Numbered from the stretch's first letter, positions 29,831 through 40,463 are shown. The stretch: DNA of 64,000 nt from an uncultured Candidatus Poseidoniales archaeon (GCA_964386765.1 CAYLUC010000004.1:1799-65798), one strand, 5' to 3'. Numbers and translations are program-made. Notes: generated by a model from the sequence alone, not told the origin.

Positions 29831-31081
29831 TCATACCGCCAAGAATCGGTACCTGGCGTATACGTAGCCAGCAAGGGCGATTTTCTCTGATTTCGTCAAC
29901 TGAATTCTTTCAGTGAAAACATCCCCTCCCTTCTTCTTAATTTTCGACATGATCGATTCGTAGAATTTTGCCATAGCGGCTGGGGAGTACCTCGACGCCT
30001 TATCTAGCATAGGGAGAAGTTTGAATGCCCTGTCCCTGTATCTATCGGCTTGCTCGATAAAGTCCTCGACGAAAGGCTTCCACCCGGGGTGAGAAATAAC
30101 AGAATTTTCACCTAGGATGTCTTCTGGAGTAATTCCAAATCTGGCGAGATCCTCGACAGGCAGGTAAATTCTGTTTCTAGCAGCGTCTTCTGCAACGTCT
30201 CTGAGAATATTTGTTAGTTGCATGTATATTCCCCATGCCTCCGCATACTCCCTCGCTAGAGGGTCGTCGTAACCATATATCTCGATGCAAACCAGCCCCA
30301 CTGTTGAAGCAACGCGATAACAGTAAGAATAGAGGTCTTCGAAGGTTTCGTAGCGGTTTCTGTGGAAGTCATCCTCCATGCCACTGATCATATCGTCCAA
30401 TGATTGACGATGAATGCCGAAGGTCTGCACAGTGTCTTTCAGGGCAATGAAAATTGGGTCGGTCGATGTCACATTTTCATAAGCCGTTGACAACTTCTTT
30501 CTGTAGTAGAAAAGTTGTGACATCTTGTCATTGTAAGATGATCTTTCTACGACTGGCTTCCCACTTGTCAGTCTCTCTATCCTCTCACGGTAGTCCTTCG
30601 ACTCTGGGTCGTCCGATGAACCACCGGGAAAGTGATCGACATAATCCCCATCAGCAATGTCATCAGCCCTGCGACAGAATGCGTAGTAGGCACAAATAGA
30701 GCGCCTCTGAAGGTCTGGAAGGTACTTGAACGAATGATAGAAGTTTCCAGCCTCCCTCCTCGTCAATTCCTCACAGTAGTCATAGGCGGTGTCAATGATG
30801 CTTTGTGGTACCTCAGGCTCCGACCAAATCGCAGCATCTACATGGGCGAATGGATTGACCAACTCTCCCCTTGGGCCAATTACACCCATGAAAATGGCGC
30901 CTTCGCGAACCGCTTCTAGGGCAGTAATGCTAATCGCTCTAGCAGCCTCCCTAGTCACTCCCACTGTTCTGCGGACCCTTTCTATGCTCCGAGTCTCAAC
31001 ATCTGCTTCAACTATCGAAATGCTCCGCTCGCTAACCAATCCCAACGGTCGGACGGTGCCCGGCTCGTGTGTTTCAGTCAT
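29831..31081 (-). CDS. Phytoene/presqualene diphosphate synthase (CrtB/HpnD-like) with N-terminal extension
   Basis: NFYHSF.YLP, YAFCRRADDIAD, YCYRVASTVG, QLTNILRDVAED and RIYLP motifs. Confidence 0.88.
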   Translation of the reverse strand: MTETHEPGTVRPLGLVSERSISIVEADVETRSIERVRRTVGVTREAARAISITALEAVREGAIFMGVIGPRGELVNPFAHVDAAIWSEPEVPQSIIDTAYDYCEELTRREAGNFYHSFKYLPDLQRRSICAYYAFCRRADDIADGDYVDHFPGGSSDDPESKDYRERIERLTSGKPVVERSSYNDKMSQLFYYRKKLSTAYENVTSTDPIFIALKDTVQTFGIHRQSLDDMISGMEDDFHRNRYETFEDLYSYCYRVASTVGLVCIEIYGYDDPLAREYAEAWGIYMQLTNILRDVAEDAARNRIYLPVEDLARFGITPEDILGENSVISHPGWKPFVEDFIEQADRYRDRAFKLLPMLDKASRYSPAAMAKFYESIMSKIKKKGGDVFTERIQLTKSEKIALAGYVYARYRFLAV

Positions 31082-31146
31082 ACTCCCTCGTTCCGAGCGC
31101 CAAAGGCCTGCTATTGAACCTCACCCCAGTTTGGGCGAATAATCAT

Positions 31147-31165
31147 TCGAGCCCATAGGGCTCGA
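31147..31165. terminator. Perfect hairpin immediately after the stop codon of the squalene-synthase-like gene
   Basis: TCGAGCCC-ATA-GGGCTCGA; function (termination or processing) is inferred. Confidence 0.4.
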
Positions 31166-32173
31166 CTATTTCCTTTCTGACTTTAGCAGTTTGGAGCACC
31201 TTCTCTTCGAAGATATTGAAAGCATAGTTTTCTTGGTGAGTTCCTTGATTTCATCTCGGGAAATTTTGACCCTATTTTCTCCATCAAGGACATTATTCTC
31301 CCTTAGAAGTGAGATAGTCCTCTGCCCGATTAGGACGGGTAGCATGCATGCCCCCCTCAGCCTGAATTGTGAATAGGGCAGAATTTCGATATATTCAATC
31401 GCTGAATCCAGATGCTCGTCTGCTCTGTCCAGCAATTCATTGAAGAGATCTCTGAATCTCCCCATATTCTCCGGTTCTCTGAGGTCTTCAGGCATTAGTC
31501 CATGACTTTCCAACTTGTCCAGTGGGACGTAGCACCTGCCTAGCCTCAAGTCTTCGGGAATGTCTCGCAGTATGTTGATTAGCTGTAGTGCCTTTCCGAA
31601 TCTTACGCCCTTCTCGAAGAGCTTCCTCTCAGTTTCGCTGTCCACTTTGAATTGATGTTCAAGGGACATGCTGGTCCAGAACTCGCCAACGCTTCCTGCC
31701 ACTCTGTAGGCATAGTCATCGAGCTCCTCATAATTTTTCAGAGCCGTGATAACTTCCCCTCTGCCAGCCCCAAATCTTTGCAAATCGAGGCTCTGTCCAC
31801 CTATAATCACCCCCAAACAGGTTCTGACTATTTCCCTGTCCCTTTCGGGCAGTTCGAATAGTAACTGGACTGGCTCCTCCGCCCTGGAAAGAAGCCTGGC
31901 TTCTGCGGGATTCTTCTGATGCTTTGCGAGGCTGGACATATCTGGAATCGAATCAGATTGGCCCTGTGCCCCCCTGTTGTAGGCCTCTAGAGTTTCCAAC
32001 AGCTCTTCTGTCGTACCACTGCTGGAGTCGGCAATTGTGTCTGCAATCCTAGCTAGAAGGTACAGGAGGCCCATTTGCTTCCTGACTCCCGATGGAAGCT
32101 TATTCAGAGTGAGGTAGAATGACCTTGAAGTATCTTCAAGTAACTTGTCAACGGATGGTTCCAGTCCTCCCAT
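31166..32173 (-). CDS. Squalene synthase-like (farnesyl-diphosphate farnesyltransferase type)
   Basis: TSRSF, YLLARIADTIAD, Y.YRVAGSVGEFWT and GKALQLINILRDIPED...GRCYVP motifs. Confidence 0.85.
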   Translation of the reverse strand: MGGLEPSVDKLLEDTSRSFYLTLNKLPSGVRKQMGLLYLLARIADTIADSSSGTTEELLETLEAYNRGAQGQSDSIPDMSSLAKHQKNPAEARLLSRAEEPVQLLFELPERDREIVRTCLGVIIGGQSLDLQRFGAGRGEVITALKNYEELDDYAYRVAGSVGEFWTSMSLEHQFKVDSETERKLFEKGVRFGKALQLINILRDIPEDLRLGRCYVPLDKLESHGLMPEDLREPENMGRFRDLFNELLDRADEHLDSAIEYIEILPYSQFRLRGACMLPVLIGQRTISLLRENNVLDGENRVKISRDEIKELTKKTMLSISSKRRCSKLLKSERK

Positions 32174-32211
32174 GCAGAGTCCCCTCAAGTGCCTCCCCGG
32201 GCACCCTGCAT

Positions 32212-33138
32212 CTAAGACTCTCGCAATCCAGCATCGACTAGGGCCCCAACTAGTACTTTGCCAATCTCGGATGGGTCCCTAGCCACATAGATACCAGCGG
32301 CCTCGAATGCAGAGAATTTCTCTGCAGCAGTACCCTTCCCTCCCGAAATTATTGCTCCTGCATGCCCCATCCTCTTTCCAGGTGGTGCCGTTGAGCCTGC
32401 AACGAAGCCCACAACCGGTTTTGTCATGTTTTCTGCTACCCACTCGGCCGCCTCTTCTTCCGCGGATCCGCCTATCTCTCCAATCATCACAACAGCAACA
32501 GTCTCAGGATCACTTTCGAATGCTGTCAGACAATCGATGAAGCCGGTGCCATTGACCGGGTCCCCTCCAATTCCAACACAAGTTGTTTGTCCCTCGTCAA
32601 CACTCATTGTCTGAGCGACAGCCTCGTAAGTCAGAGTCCCCGATTTTGACACAATGCCAATTCGGCCCTTTTTGTGGATAAACGCGGGCATAATTCCAAC
32701 TTTACAACCACCATTCTCGCCAGGGGAGATGATCCCAGGGCAATTAGGCCCGATGAGCCTCACATCCGGGCATGAGTCGACAATGGAGACAGCTCTTACC
32801 ATGTCTAGAGTCGGAATTCCCTCTGTGATGCATACGATCAGCCCGCCTCCTGCTGCTTGGAAAGATTGCGCGGCGTCAACAATTGCGCCGGAGGCGAATC
32901 TTGCAGGGACGTAAATCACGCTAACATCGGCACTAGTCTCAGAAATGGCCTCTGCCATGGAATTGAAAACAGGGACCTTCTTTCCCTCTAAATCCACGAT
33001 TTGCCCTCCTTTACCAGGAGTAACACCCCCGACAATGTTGGTGTTGTAGCGAGACATCCTAATCCCGTGAAATGTTCCTTGGCGGCCCGTTATTCCTTGT
33101 ATCAGTATCTTGCTATCATCATTGATCCAAATCGCCAT
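32212..33138 (-). CDS. sucD: Succinyl-CoA ligase alpha subunit
   Basis: [37 protein letters not shown] and MGHAGAI motifs. Confidence 0.96.
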   Translation of the reverse strand: MAIWINDDSKILIQGITGRQGTFHGIRMSRYNTNIVGGVTPGKGGQIVDLEGKKVPVFNSMAEAISETSADVSVIYVPARFASGAIVDAAQSFQAAGGGLIVCITEGIPTLDMVRAVSIVDSCPDVRLIGPNCPGIISPGENGGCKVGIMPAFIHKKGRIGIVSKSGTLTYEAVAQTMSVDEGQTTCVGIGGDPVNGTGFIDCLTAFESDPETVAVVMIGEIGGSAEEEAAEWVAENMTKPVVGFVAGSTAPPGKRMGHAGAIISGGKGTAAEKFSAFEAAGIYVARDPSEIGKVLVGALVDAGLRES

Positions 33139-34346
33139 CAGTTCCCACCCCCTATCAGTTCCACAATTTTGCGGGCACCTTCGGAAAGGGTGCTTGTGGT
33201 GTGAACAGACATTCCACTTTCATCCAGAACTGCCTTCCCCTCGACGTGATTAGTTCCGGAGAATCTTACTACTAATGGAACATCTAGTCCGATCTCTTCG
33301 GAAGCCTCGATAACGCTTCTTGCAACCATGTCACACCTGATTATTCCCCCAAAGATATTCACTAGAATTCCTTCCACGCTTGAATCCTCCAATATGATCT
33401 CGAATGCAGCTGTGATGGACTCCTTCGTGGCCCCTCCACCAATGTCAAGGAAGTTCGCTGGCTCGCCCCCATAGAGCTTGATGACGTCCATGGATGCCAT
33501 CGCTAGTCCGGCCCCATTGACCAGACACCCTATGTTCCCATCGAGCTTCACGTAGGAAAGCCCCAGTTCGTGAGCCCTGATTTCAACTTCCTCCTCCTCG
33601 GAGACATCCCTTAATTCGTCCCTCCATGGATGCCTGAAGTCTGCGTTATCGTCGAAGCTGACCTTCGCATCTAGTGCCACCATACTTCCATCATCTGTCC
33701 TGACCAGCGGATTAATCTCAATCATCGAGCAGTCTTTCTCCATGAAGAGGACATACAGGGAATCTAGCATATCCACCATTTCATTTGCAGACTCGCCGGA
33801 CAGTCCCAATGCGGAAGCAAGCGATTCGGCATCCTCATTCCTCAGGCCGTCCGTTGGATGCGCCCAAATCTTGTGAATTGCTTCTGGGGTTTTCTCAGCG
33901 ACCTCTTCTATGTCCATCCCACCTTCTGTGGAGGCCATGAAGAGTACTAACTTTGCATCCCTGTCCACAAGAACTGCAAGATAGTACTCATGATTTATCG
34001 AACAACCAGATTCGATGTACATATTGCTGACTATCTTGCCTTCAGGGCCAGTTTGCTTAGTGACTAGGAGGTTTCCCGAGATTTTCTTGGCGTACTCTTC
34101 AACATCGTCCCTGGAGAAAGCGATTTTTACTCCTCCTTGCATTACTTCCTCTCCCGAGGCGGGGTCGAACAACGTACCCTTGCCCCTCCCCCCTGCATGG
34201 ATCTGGCTCTTCACTGCCACCACCGCGGAACCAAGTGAGTCGTAGGCTGAGAGGGCCTCATCCACGGTTGTACAGTGAACTCCGTCTTGGACCTTGATGC
34301 CGGACTCTCGGAACATTGCCTTTGCTTGATACTCGTGGATGTTCAT
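33138..34346 (-). CDS. sucC: Succinyl-CoA ligase beta subunit
   Basis: MNIHEYQAK start at 34346; [33 protein letters not shown] and NIFGGI.RCD motifs. Confidence 0.96.
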   Translation of the reverse strand: MNIHEYQAKAMFRESGIKVQDGVHCTTVDEALSAYDSLGSAVVAVKSQIHAGGRGKGTLFDPASGEEVMQGGVKIAFSRDDVEEYAKKISGNLLVTKQTGPEGKIVSNMYIESGCSINHEYYLAVLVDRDAKLVLFMASTEGGMDIEEVAEKTPEAIHKIWAHPTDGLRNEDAESLASALGLSGESANEMVDMLDSLYVLFMEKDCSMIEINPLVRTDDGSMVALDAKVSFDDNADFRHPWRDELRDVSEEEEVEIRAHELGLSYVKLDGNIGCLVNGAGLAMASMDVIKLYGGEPANFLDIGGGATKESITAAFEIILEDSSVEGILVNIFGGIIRCDMVARSVIEASEEIGLDVPLVVRFSGTNHVEGKAVLDESGMSVHTTSTLSEGARKIVELIGGGN

Positions 34347-34450
34347 GCTATCGCCCCGGCCACTGGCAACCTGTCTTTGAAGGATGCGCAAGAGCTCCTT
34401 GTCTAACTGGGACGCGAAGCGCTCAAACCAACCTGCTGTCACGCCCATCC

Positions 34451-35410
34451 ATGGACGTGCTCGTGCTGGCCGGCGGTTTTGGCACCAGACTCCGTCCTTG
34501 GACCTCGGGCAGAGCGAAACCACTACTCCCTCTTCTCGACATGACTCTGCTAGAACGCGTTGTCGAGTGTGTCCCTCCTGAGATGGTCGACAGGGTGGTG
34601 GTCGCCGCTGGGTATGGAATTGACGAAATGAGGGATTTCTCCTCCTCGGGAGGAGCGGAATATGAGATCGTACTTTCTGTTGAGGAAGATGCTCTTGGAA
34701 CGGGAGGCGCGGTAGCGAATGCAAGAAGGCATCTAACTGGAAATGGGCCAGTTTTGGTACTGAATGGGGACTTGGTTTCCAGCGTGGATGTCGGGTCACT
34801 CATCGACCATCACAACAGAAAATCCGCATCTGCAACTCTCTCTCTATGGGAGGTCGAGGACCCCAGTAGGTTCGGGGTTTGTGATTTGGACCATGAAGGG
34901 ATGATAAGGAGGTTCCAGGAGAAGCCAGAACCCGGTACTGAGTTCTCGAACTTGATTAACGCGGGGTGCTCTGTCCTCAGTAGGGAAACCCTCGACTCCT
35001 TGCCGAGCGGGTCATACAGCATGGAGAGGGAAATCTTCCCTGCTATCGCCGAATCAGGCGGGATGGCGGGCCTGGAGTTTTCCGGATACTTCGTGGATGC
35101 AGGTACACCAGACTCTTTCATCGAGGCGGCTCAGGTGTGCATCCAGAACGATCGATTCTCAAGCGGCCACCTGGAGGGCGACTCTTGGTTCGGCCCGGGC
35201 TCTAAATGTGAGGGGGAAACTTCTGGCTGCTCCATAGGCCCAGGGGCAACGATATCAAGTGGAGCTAGACTTACTGATTGCGTGGTATTGGGGGGGGCCG
35301 TGGTAGGGCAAGGCGCCGTACTAAACCGATGCCTAGTGGGAGAGGGGTCATCCGTTTCTGCCGAGTCTACATTAGATGGCAAGATAATCGGCCATGGCGA
35401 ATCAGAATAG
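34451..35410 (+). CDS. NDP-sugar pyrophosphorylase (mannose-1-phosphate guanylyltransferase-like)
   Basis: LAGGFGTRLRP.T...AKPL, LGTGGA, NGD and FQEKP motifs; hexapeptide-repeat C-terminus. Confidence 0.88.
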   Translation: MDVLVLAGGFGTRLRPWTSGRAKPLLPLLDMTLLERVVECVPPEMVDRVVVAAGYGIDEMRDFSSSGGAEYEIVLSVEEDALGTGGAVANARRHLTGNGPVLVLNGDLVSSVDVGSLIDHHNRKSASATLSLWEVEDPSRFGVCDLDHEGMIRRFQEKPEPGTEFSNLINAGCSVLSRETLDSLPSGSYSMEREIFPAIAESGGMAGLEFSGYFVDAGTPDSFIEAAQVCIQNDRFSSGHLEGDSWFGPGSKCEGETSGCSIGPGATISSGARLTDCVVLGGAVVGQGAVLNRCLVGEGSSVSAESTLDGKIIGHGESE

Positions 35411-35447
35411 TCGGCATGGTCAAAGCACCCCTGTCACTCGCACGTTC

Positions 35448-36110
35448 GTGAGCGACACTCTGGTGGTTGTGAACTTCAAGACCTACGAAGAGGCCCATGG
35501 CCCCTCTGCCGTAGCACTAGCTCGTATCATGGAGGGGATAGAAACCAAAGCTAGGCTAGTCGCCGCCGTATCCCCTCTCGATCTCGCGCAGGTCGTTCAA
35601 GCGGCCCCTGGCCTGGAAGTCTGGTGTCAGCACATGGACCCCATCGGATTTGGTTCCAATACTGGTTGGATAAGTCCCGAGACAGCGATTCAGTGGGGTG
35701 CCTCAGGGACTCTAATCAATCATGCAGAGCACAAGGTCAGTCTGGAGCACGTAGCCATGCTACTGGACCAGGTTCCAGAGGGCTTCCAAGTCTGCGCCTG
35801 TGCGGCTGACACCGATGAGGCGAGGGCTCTGGCAGCCTTAGTTCCCACATTCGTAGCCGTTGAGCCGCCCGAACTGATAGGCGGAGATGTTTCAGTCACC
35901 AGTGCCGATCCAGGGATAGTCTCCGGAACGGCAGAAGCAGTGAGGGAGACGAACGGTGACGTTGGAGTTCTCTGTGGGGCGGGAGTGAAGACCGGAGCAG
36001 ATGTGGCTATGGCCGTGGAGCTTGGAACCTCGGGCGTCCTCTTAGCTAGTGGCGTCACAAAATCGCCGGACCAGGCTGCGGCTCTCACAAATCTAGTGTC
36101 GCTTCTTTAG
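35448..36110 (+). CDS. tpiA: Triosephosphate isomerase (archaeal type)
   Basis: VNFKTY, QH.D, LINHAEH, AVEPPELIG, CGAGV and GVLLASG motifs. Confidence 0.95.
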   Translation: MSDTLVVVNFKTYEEAHGPSAVALARIMEGIETKARLVAAVSPLDLAQVVQAAPGLEVWCQHMDPIGFGSNTGWISPETAIQWGASGTLINHAEHKVSLEHVAMLLDQVPEGFQVCACAADTDEARALAALVPTFVAVEPPELIGGDVSVTSADPGIVSGTAEAVRETNGDVGVLCGAGVKTGADVAMAVELGTSGVLLASGVTKSPDQAAALTNLVSLL

Positions 36111-36999
36111 GGTTCTCGAACGTAGTAATCCAGTAGAGCAGCAGCAGTGTGGCTACAGTGGCCACGCCGCGATTCCAATCGACTAGGGCCGCCAGCATAA
36201 CCACCCCAACGTAGACGAAGGCCAGGACTGCAAGTAGAATCAAGTGAATAATCGGAGCTCCATTCAGCCGTGGGTCTAGGAAATCATAGAAGTAGAAACC
36301 ACCCTTGCTCATCGCGAAAAATGCTGAGTAGGTGACATACGCGGCCCCGAAAAGAACTGGGAAAGAAATGTGGGAAAGTCCGACTGATATGTCTGTAACG
36401 AGCAACTCCACTCCGAGAATGATTACGTTTCCATTGTGCATGATCTGGTTGTCCCATAGGAAGTAGTGACTGATGTTGTCCCCCCTCTTATTCGACTCAG
36501 GAATTAGGATGAAAGTCACAGTCACACTAACTAGAAGGGCGCACGCGCAAGCAGCAGCTAGGGCCGCAGGACATATGTGAAGCACGATTCCCGGGACGCC
36601 CACCCCAAAAATGTGCGACCATGTCACGTATGCCGCCATGGCGAAGTAGAATCCCAGGAGTCCGAAGCTCCACATCGTGAATGCTGCTAATCGGTTCGTG
36701 CCGAAAAGCCTCCTTGGACCATATATTTTCGTTTCATAGTCCAATACATTGTAGGTTAGTCCCCCCTTATCGGTGCCGATTACAAAGAGGGTGACTAGAG
36801 ATGCCATTGCCGCAATCGTTCTGAATAGGGCTAGGAGAATGTCAGGCATTACTTGAGAGCCAGAAACCTCGGATAGGGAGGGAGATGGCTGCTCTGGTCC
36901 GCCCATCATCCATAGGAGCGATATTGCCGACACAAATCCCACAAGGGACAAGGTCGCGACCGTGCGGTCACTCTCGGAGTACTCCCTGATCCCGACCAC
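36085..36999 (-). CDS. Polytopic membrane protein, FAR-17a/AIG1/Pr6Pr-like
   Basis: About 8 TMs; FTMWS, QIMHNGN and FY.FLD motifs are spaced as in AIG1-type proteins. Confidence 0.6.
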   Translation of the reverse strand: MVGIREYSESDRTVATLSLVGFVSAISLLWMMGGPEQPSPSLSEVSGSQVMPDILLALFRTIAAMASLVTLFVIGTDKGGLTYNVLDYETKIYGPRRLFGTNRLAAFTMWSFGLLGFYFAMAAYVTWSHIFGVGVPGIVLHICPAALAAACACALLVSVTVTFILIPESNKRGDNISHYFLWDNQIMHNGNVIILGVELLVTDISVGLSHISFPVLFGAAYVTYSAFFAMSKGGFYFYDFLDPRLNGAPIIHLILLAVLAFVYVGVVMLAALVDWNRGVATVATLLLLYWITTFENPKEATLDL

Positions 37000-37064
37000 G
37001 TTGGTTCCAATAACGCACCAACTATCAAACCTGTCACGGATTGATGGCTACCATGGCTCTTGTA

Positions 37065-40000
37065 CTAATGTCTCCTCGATCTGCTGGCAGCGAATGATAT
37101 GGCTACAATAGCTGGAAGGAAGGCAAATCCGGGTACGGAACCACCTGAGTCCCCAGTCGCCTCGGGGATACAGGAGGTCTGCCCCTTCTCAGGTTGCGCC
37201 TCTCCTGATGGACAGGGCTGCTGGAAGAAGGCCCCCGGCTCGGGGACGAAGTGGTTGGCTCCCGCGACTATGCAGTACGTTGCCTTGGCTAGGTGCTGGT
37301 AGGTCCCGGCCTCGCAGGGCGTCTGGGAGGATGACCCCTCTGCCTCCACGTAGTGACCCTTCTGGGCGTCGATGCACTCGGTCTGCGCGGTAGAAGGCTG
37401 GTAGGTCCCGGCCTCGCAGGGGTATTGGCTCAGAGAGCCAATCAGCGAAACGATGTATCCAGCCTCAGCCTCTAGACATGCAGGTTGCCCTGCAGAGGGC
37501 TGGTAGGTCCCGACCTCGCAGTATTCGAAGTCCAAGGACCCCTCATCCGCCACGAATGCCCCTCCAGTTGCTTCGATGCACGAGGCTCTGCCCGGCTCTG
37601 GTTGGTAAGTCCCGGGAGAGCAAATCGTTTCCGATGTGGCGCCCGGCCCCTCTGCCGAGTGGCCGGCTTCTGCCTCGATGCACGAGGCTTGCCCGGAGTC
37701 GGGCTGGTATTGTCCAGGGACACACTCCCTCTGTACCTCGGAACCCATGCCATCTGCGTAGTGACCCGGCTCCGCCTCTAGGCAAGAGGAAGAACCTGTT
37801 TCCGGCTGGTAGTGGCCCTCTGGGCATTCAGCCTGTGATGCTGACCCTTCCCCTTCGACATAACTTCCTGGGTCAGCCGAGAGGCAGATTATGGCGCCGA
37901 AGTCGGGCTGGTAATGCCCCGTGGCGCATGGGACCTCGTCACCCGTGCCCTCGGAGGGTGCGTGGTGTCCTGGATTGGTGTCCATGCACTCGGTCTGCGC
38001 GGTAGAGGGCTGGTAGGTACCTGCAGGACAGGCCTCCTCTGAAATCGCACCGTCCGTGTCTACGTAGTGGCCGGGGTTCGAGTCGATGCATTCGCTCTGG
38101 CCCTGCGATGCTTGGAACTGGGGCATCGAGCAGGGAGTTTGGGAAGTCGATCCAGACTCGCTTGCGTAGTGGCCCGGCTCCGCTACCTTGCACTCGCTGA
38201 GACCCAGCTCGTCCGAGTAAGTCCCGGGCTCGCAGGGAGTCTGTGCGACAGACCCGTTACCGGGGGCGTAGTGCCCGGCGAAAGCGAGTGAGCAAGATGA
38301 AGCGGCTAGGTTGGCCGAGTAGGTTCCTGGTGCGCACTCGGTCTGTGTGGTAGAACCCACGCTACCGACATAGTTACCGGGATCCGCAGCGAGGCAATCA
38401 GATTGGTTGGCAAGTGGCTGGTAGTACCCAGTCCCGCACATCATCTGCGCGGTGGCCTCAACGTTTGTCTCGTGCCCCATGTCCGCCCCAAAGCACGATG
38501 TCTGCCCGGAATCGGGCTGGTAGTAGCCTGGTTCGCAGGACTCCTGGGATGTCGCGGTGCTTCCCGAGACATAGTGCCCCGGACTCGCCTCAATGCAGAA
38601 CCCCTGTCCCGCCAGTGGCTGGAACTCGCCAGGTTGGCACTCCCAGTCCGACTCTGAGAACTCCGGGGAGTAGTGCCCCGCCTCGCTGACTCCCGTGCAG
38701 GAGCCGTCGATTACGTAGTGTCCCGCCGGGCATCCCCATGGCAGATCGTCAAGCATCCCCAGAACACCATCGCCATCTGGGTCCCTGTCGCCCAACATCG
38801 CTGTTCCGTCAGTCCCAGCTTCGACCCAAATCTCAGCGGGGAAAGATGAGAATCCATTGCCGCCGTTGCCCAGCCCACCGTAGTTGTCGGAGCCCCAGCA
38901 GAAGACGCCACCAGTCGTGTTAATCGCACAGGTTGACTGGACCTCGGCCATCCATCCTGTTGAGTTCCATCTGGAGTGGTCGCCATACCACGAGCCCCCC
39001 GCGGCTATTGCGACGAACTCATGCGCGCCGACTACTGGCGTGATGTCCTCGTAGTACGACGTGTTCCCAAGTCCGAGCTGCCCGTTGCCGTTCATCCCGC
39101 CGCACCATGCCTCGAAGCTGTCGAGTATGGCGCATCCGTGCTCAGGCCCCTGGCTGAAGGAGATCACCGAGCGGTTCACGTCCGGCCCAAGATCGGGATT
39201 CAGGGTGGGCGAGGAGTTCCAGCGCTCGTCATCATTGCCAAATCCCCAGAAGGCGACGTTCCCGTCCTCGAGAACCGCCGTGTGCCCCGAGAATCCTGAA
39301 TCAATCGCCAATACGCCAGTGCCGTTCGGCATGGGGACGTATTTGGGTTCCAGCTGTAACGCGAAGTCGACGTCGGATCCAGCCCAAAAACCATGGCTGA
39401 ACCCGTCCGTCGTCACGCCAGTCAGTGTGTTGTTTTCCTTGCCAGTCCACTCAATCCAGTGGGTGCCTCCAAACGGGCATGGGTACATGTAGGCCTTGCC
39501 CTCTTCCCCGAAATTCGTCGCATCGGTCAAGTTGAGCCAGGTTTGATCCCCCGTCAGCATTTCATCTGCAAGCGTGGTCTTGTAGAGGTAGTCGTCGCCC
39601 TGCCCCATTGATCCTGTGTCGCTTCTCCCCCAGCAGTACAAGCTGTTGTTGTCGAGAACCGCGCACGAGGTGCCCATTCCGACTGATACAGCGATAGCGC
39701 TCCGGTTTTCGGGCATCTCGACCATCTGCGGCCTGGTTATGCCATTGTAGATGTTGCAGTTGTCCCCAACCGCGGGGATCTGCGAGTAGACTACTCCTTC
39801 GCTGCACCAATCTCCATTCCCCACCTGGCCGAATTCGTTATGGCCCCAGCACGACACGTCTCCGTCGTCGATAATCGCGCAGAAGTGAGCGCTCAGGTCA
39901 GATCCCACGATGGTCCTGACTTCGGCGTTTGGATTACCAGGGAAGTGGACCTTGGCTGGTAGCTTTCCTTGGGCGTACCTGCATGGGTAGTAATCGTTAC

Positions 40001-40463
40001 CCACGTATACGCACACGGGCCTGCCTAGCTGACCGTATTGTCCACCGCCCCAGCAGTACAACTCGTTCGTGTCGGTAATGGCGCAGGCTGCGAACTGCCC
40101 TACGGCGACCTCCCTGAAGCTGATCCCGTTCACTCCAATCACATCGACTGGAACTTCGGAGTAGTTTCCATCCTCCATCTGGCCATTTCCGAGCTGTCCG
40201 GCATCATTCGCCCCCCAGCACGCTAGTGTCCCGTTGTGCCTGACCATGCAGGCCGTACCCCTAGCGTTGGATATCGTGGTATCCGAGAAGATCGAGCCAG
40301 ATGTGAATCCCGGCAAATTCGGGGCCGCGTGCGTCATCGACTTATCAGGAACGTCATCAAGTTCCTGCATCCGCATATCATTTTGGCTAATCGAGGCAGT
40401 CATTCCCAGCATAAGGCAAACTAGGGCCAGCGCAACGTATGGTGTAGCATCCGCACGAGTCAT
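37065..40463 (-). CDS. Cell-surface protein: RCC1/BLIP-II repeats, 15 Cys-rich 34-aa repeats and a PGF-CTERM anchor
   Basis: Signal peptide; CWG.N..GQLG repeats; C..G.YQP..GQ..C..A..GHY repeats; C-terminal VPGF, hydrophobic stretch and SRSRRH. Confidence 0.88.
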   Translation of the reverse strand: MTRADATPYVALALVCLMLGMTASISQNDMRMQELDDVPDKSMTHAAPNLPGFTSGSIFSDTTISNARGTACMVRHNGTLACWGANDAGQLGNGQMEDGNYSEVPVDVIGVNGISFREVAVGQFAACAITDTNELYCWGGGQYGQLGRPVCVYVGNDYYPCRYAQGKLPAKVHFPGNPNAEVRTIVGSDLSAHFCAIIDDGDVSCWGHNEFGQVGNGDWCSEGVVYSQIPAVGDNCNIYNGITRPQMVEMPENRSAIAVSVGMGTSCAVLDNNSLYCWGRSDTGSMGQGDDYLYKTTLADEMLTGDQTWLNLTDATNFGEEGKAYMYPCPFGGTHWIEWTGKENNTLTGVTTDGFSHGFWAGSDVDFALQLEPKYVPMPNGTGVLAIDSGFSGHTAVLEDGNVAFWGFGNDDERWNSSPTLNPDLGPDVNRSVISFSQGPEHGCAILDSFEAWCGGMNGNGQLGLGNTSYYEDITPVVGAHEFVAIAAGGSWYGDHSRWNSTGWMAEVQSTCAINTTGGVFCWGSDNYGGLGNGGNGFSSFPAEIWVEAGTDGTAMLGDRDPDGDGVLGMLDDLPWGCPAGHYVIDGSCTGVSEAGHYSPEFSESDWECQPGEFQPLAGQGFCIEASPGHYVSGSTATSQESCEPGYYQPDSGQTSCFGADMGHETNVEATAQMMCGTGYYQPLANQSDCLAADPGNYVGSVGSTTQTECAPGTYSANLAASSCSLAFAGHYAPGNGSVAQTPCEPGTYSDELGLSECKVAEPGHYASESGSTSQTPCSMPQFQASQGQSECIDSNPGHYVDTDGAISEEACPAGTYQPSTAQTECMDTNPGHHAPSEGTGDEVPCATGHYQPDFGAIICLSADPGSYVEGEGSASQAECPEGHYQPETGSSSCLEAEPGHYADGMGSEVQRECVPGQYQPDSGQASCIEAEAGHSAEGPGATSETICSPGTYQPEPGRASCIEATGGAFVADEGSLDFEYCEVGTYQPSAGQPACLEAEAGYIVSLIGSLSQYPCEAGTYQPSTAQTECIDAQKGHYVEAEGSSSQTPCEAGTYQHLAKATYCIVAGANHFVPEPGAFFQQPCPSGEAQPEKGQTSCIPEATGDSGGSVPGFAFLPAIVAISFAASRSRRH
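37180..38645 (-). repeat. Intragenic tandem repeats with a 102-bp period
   Basis: CTGGTAGGTCCCGGCCTCGCAGGG at 37296 and 37398 (102 nt apart); ATGCACTCGGTCTGCGCGGTAGA at 37372 and 37984 (6 x 102). Confidence 0.85.

Noticed and set aside
34347..34799. N-terminal extension of the 553-aa sucC ORF
   Set aside because: It overlaps the divergent NDP-sugar synthase gene; the canonical MNIHEYQ start is at 34346.
37180..38645. Regular repeats as a possible CRISPR array or diversity-generating element
   Set aside because: The repeats are in-frame, degenerate at the codon level and lack unique spacers; no cas or reverse transcriptase gene is present.
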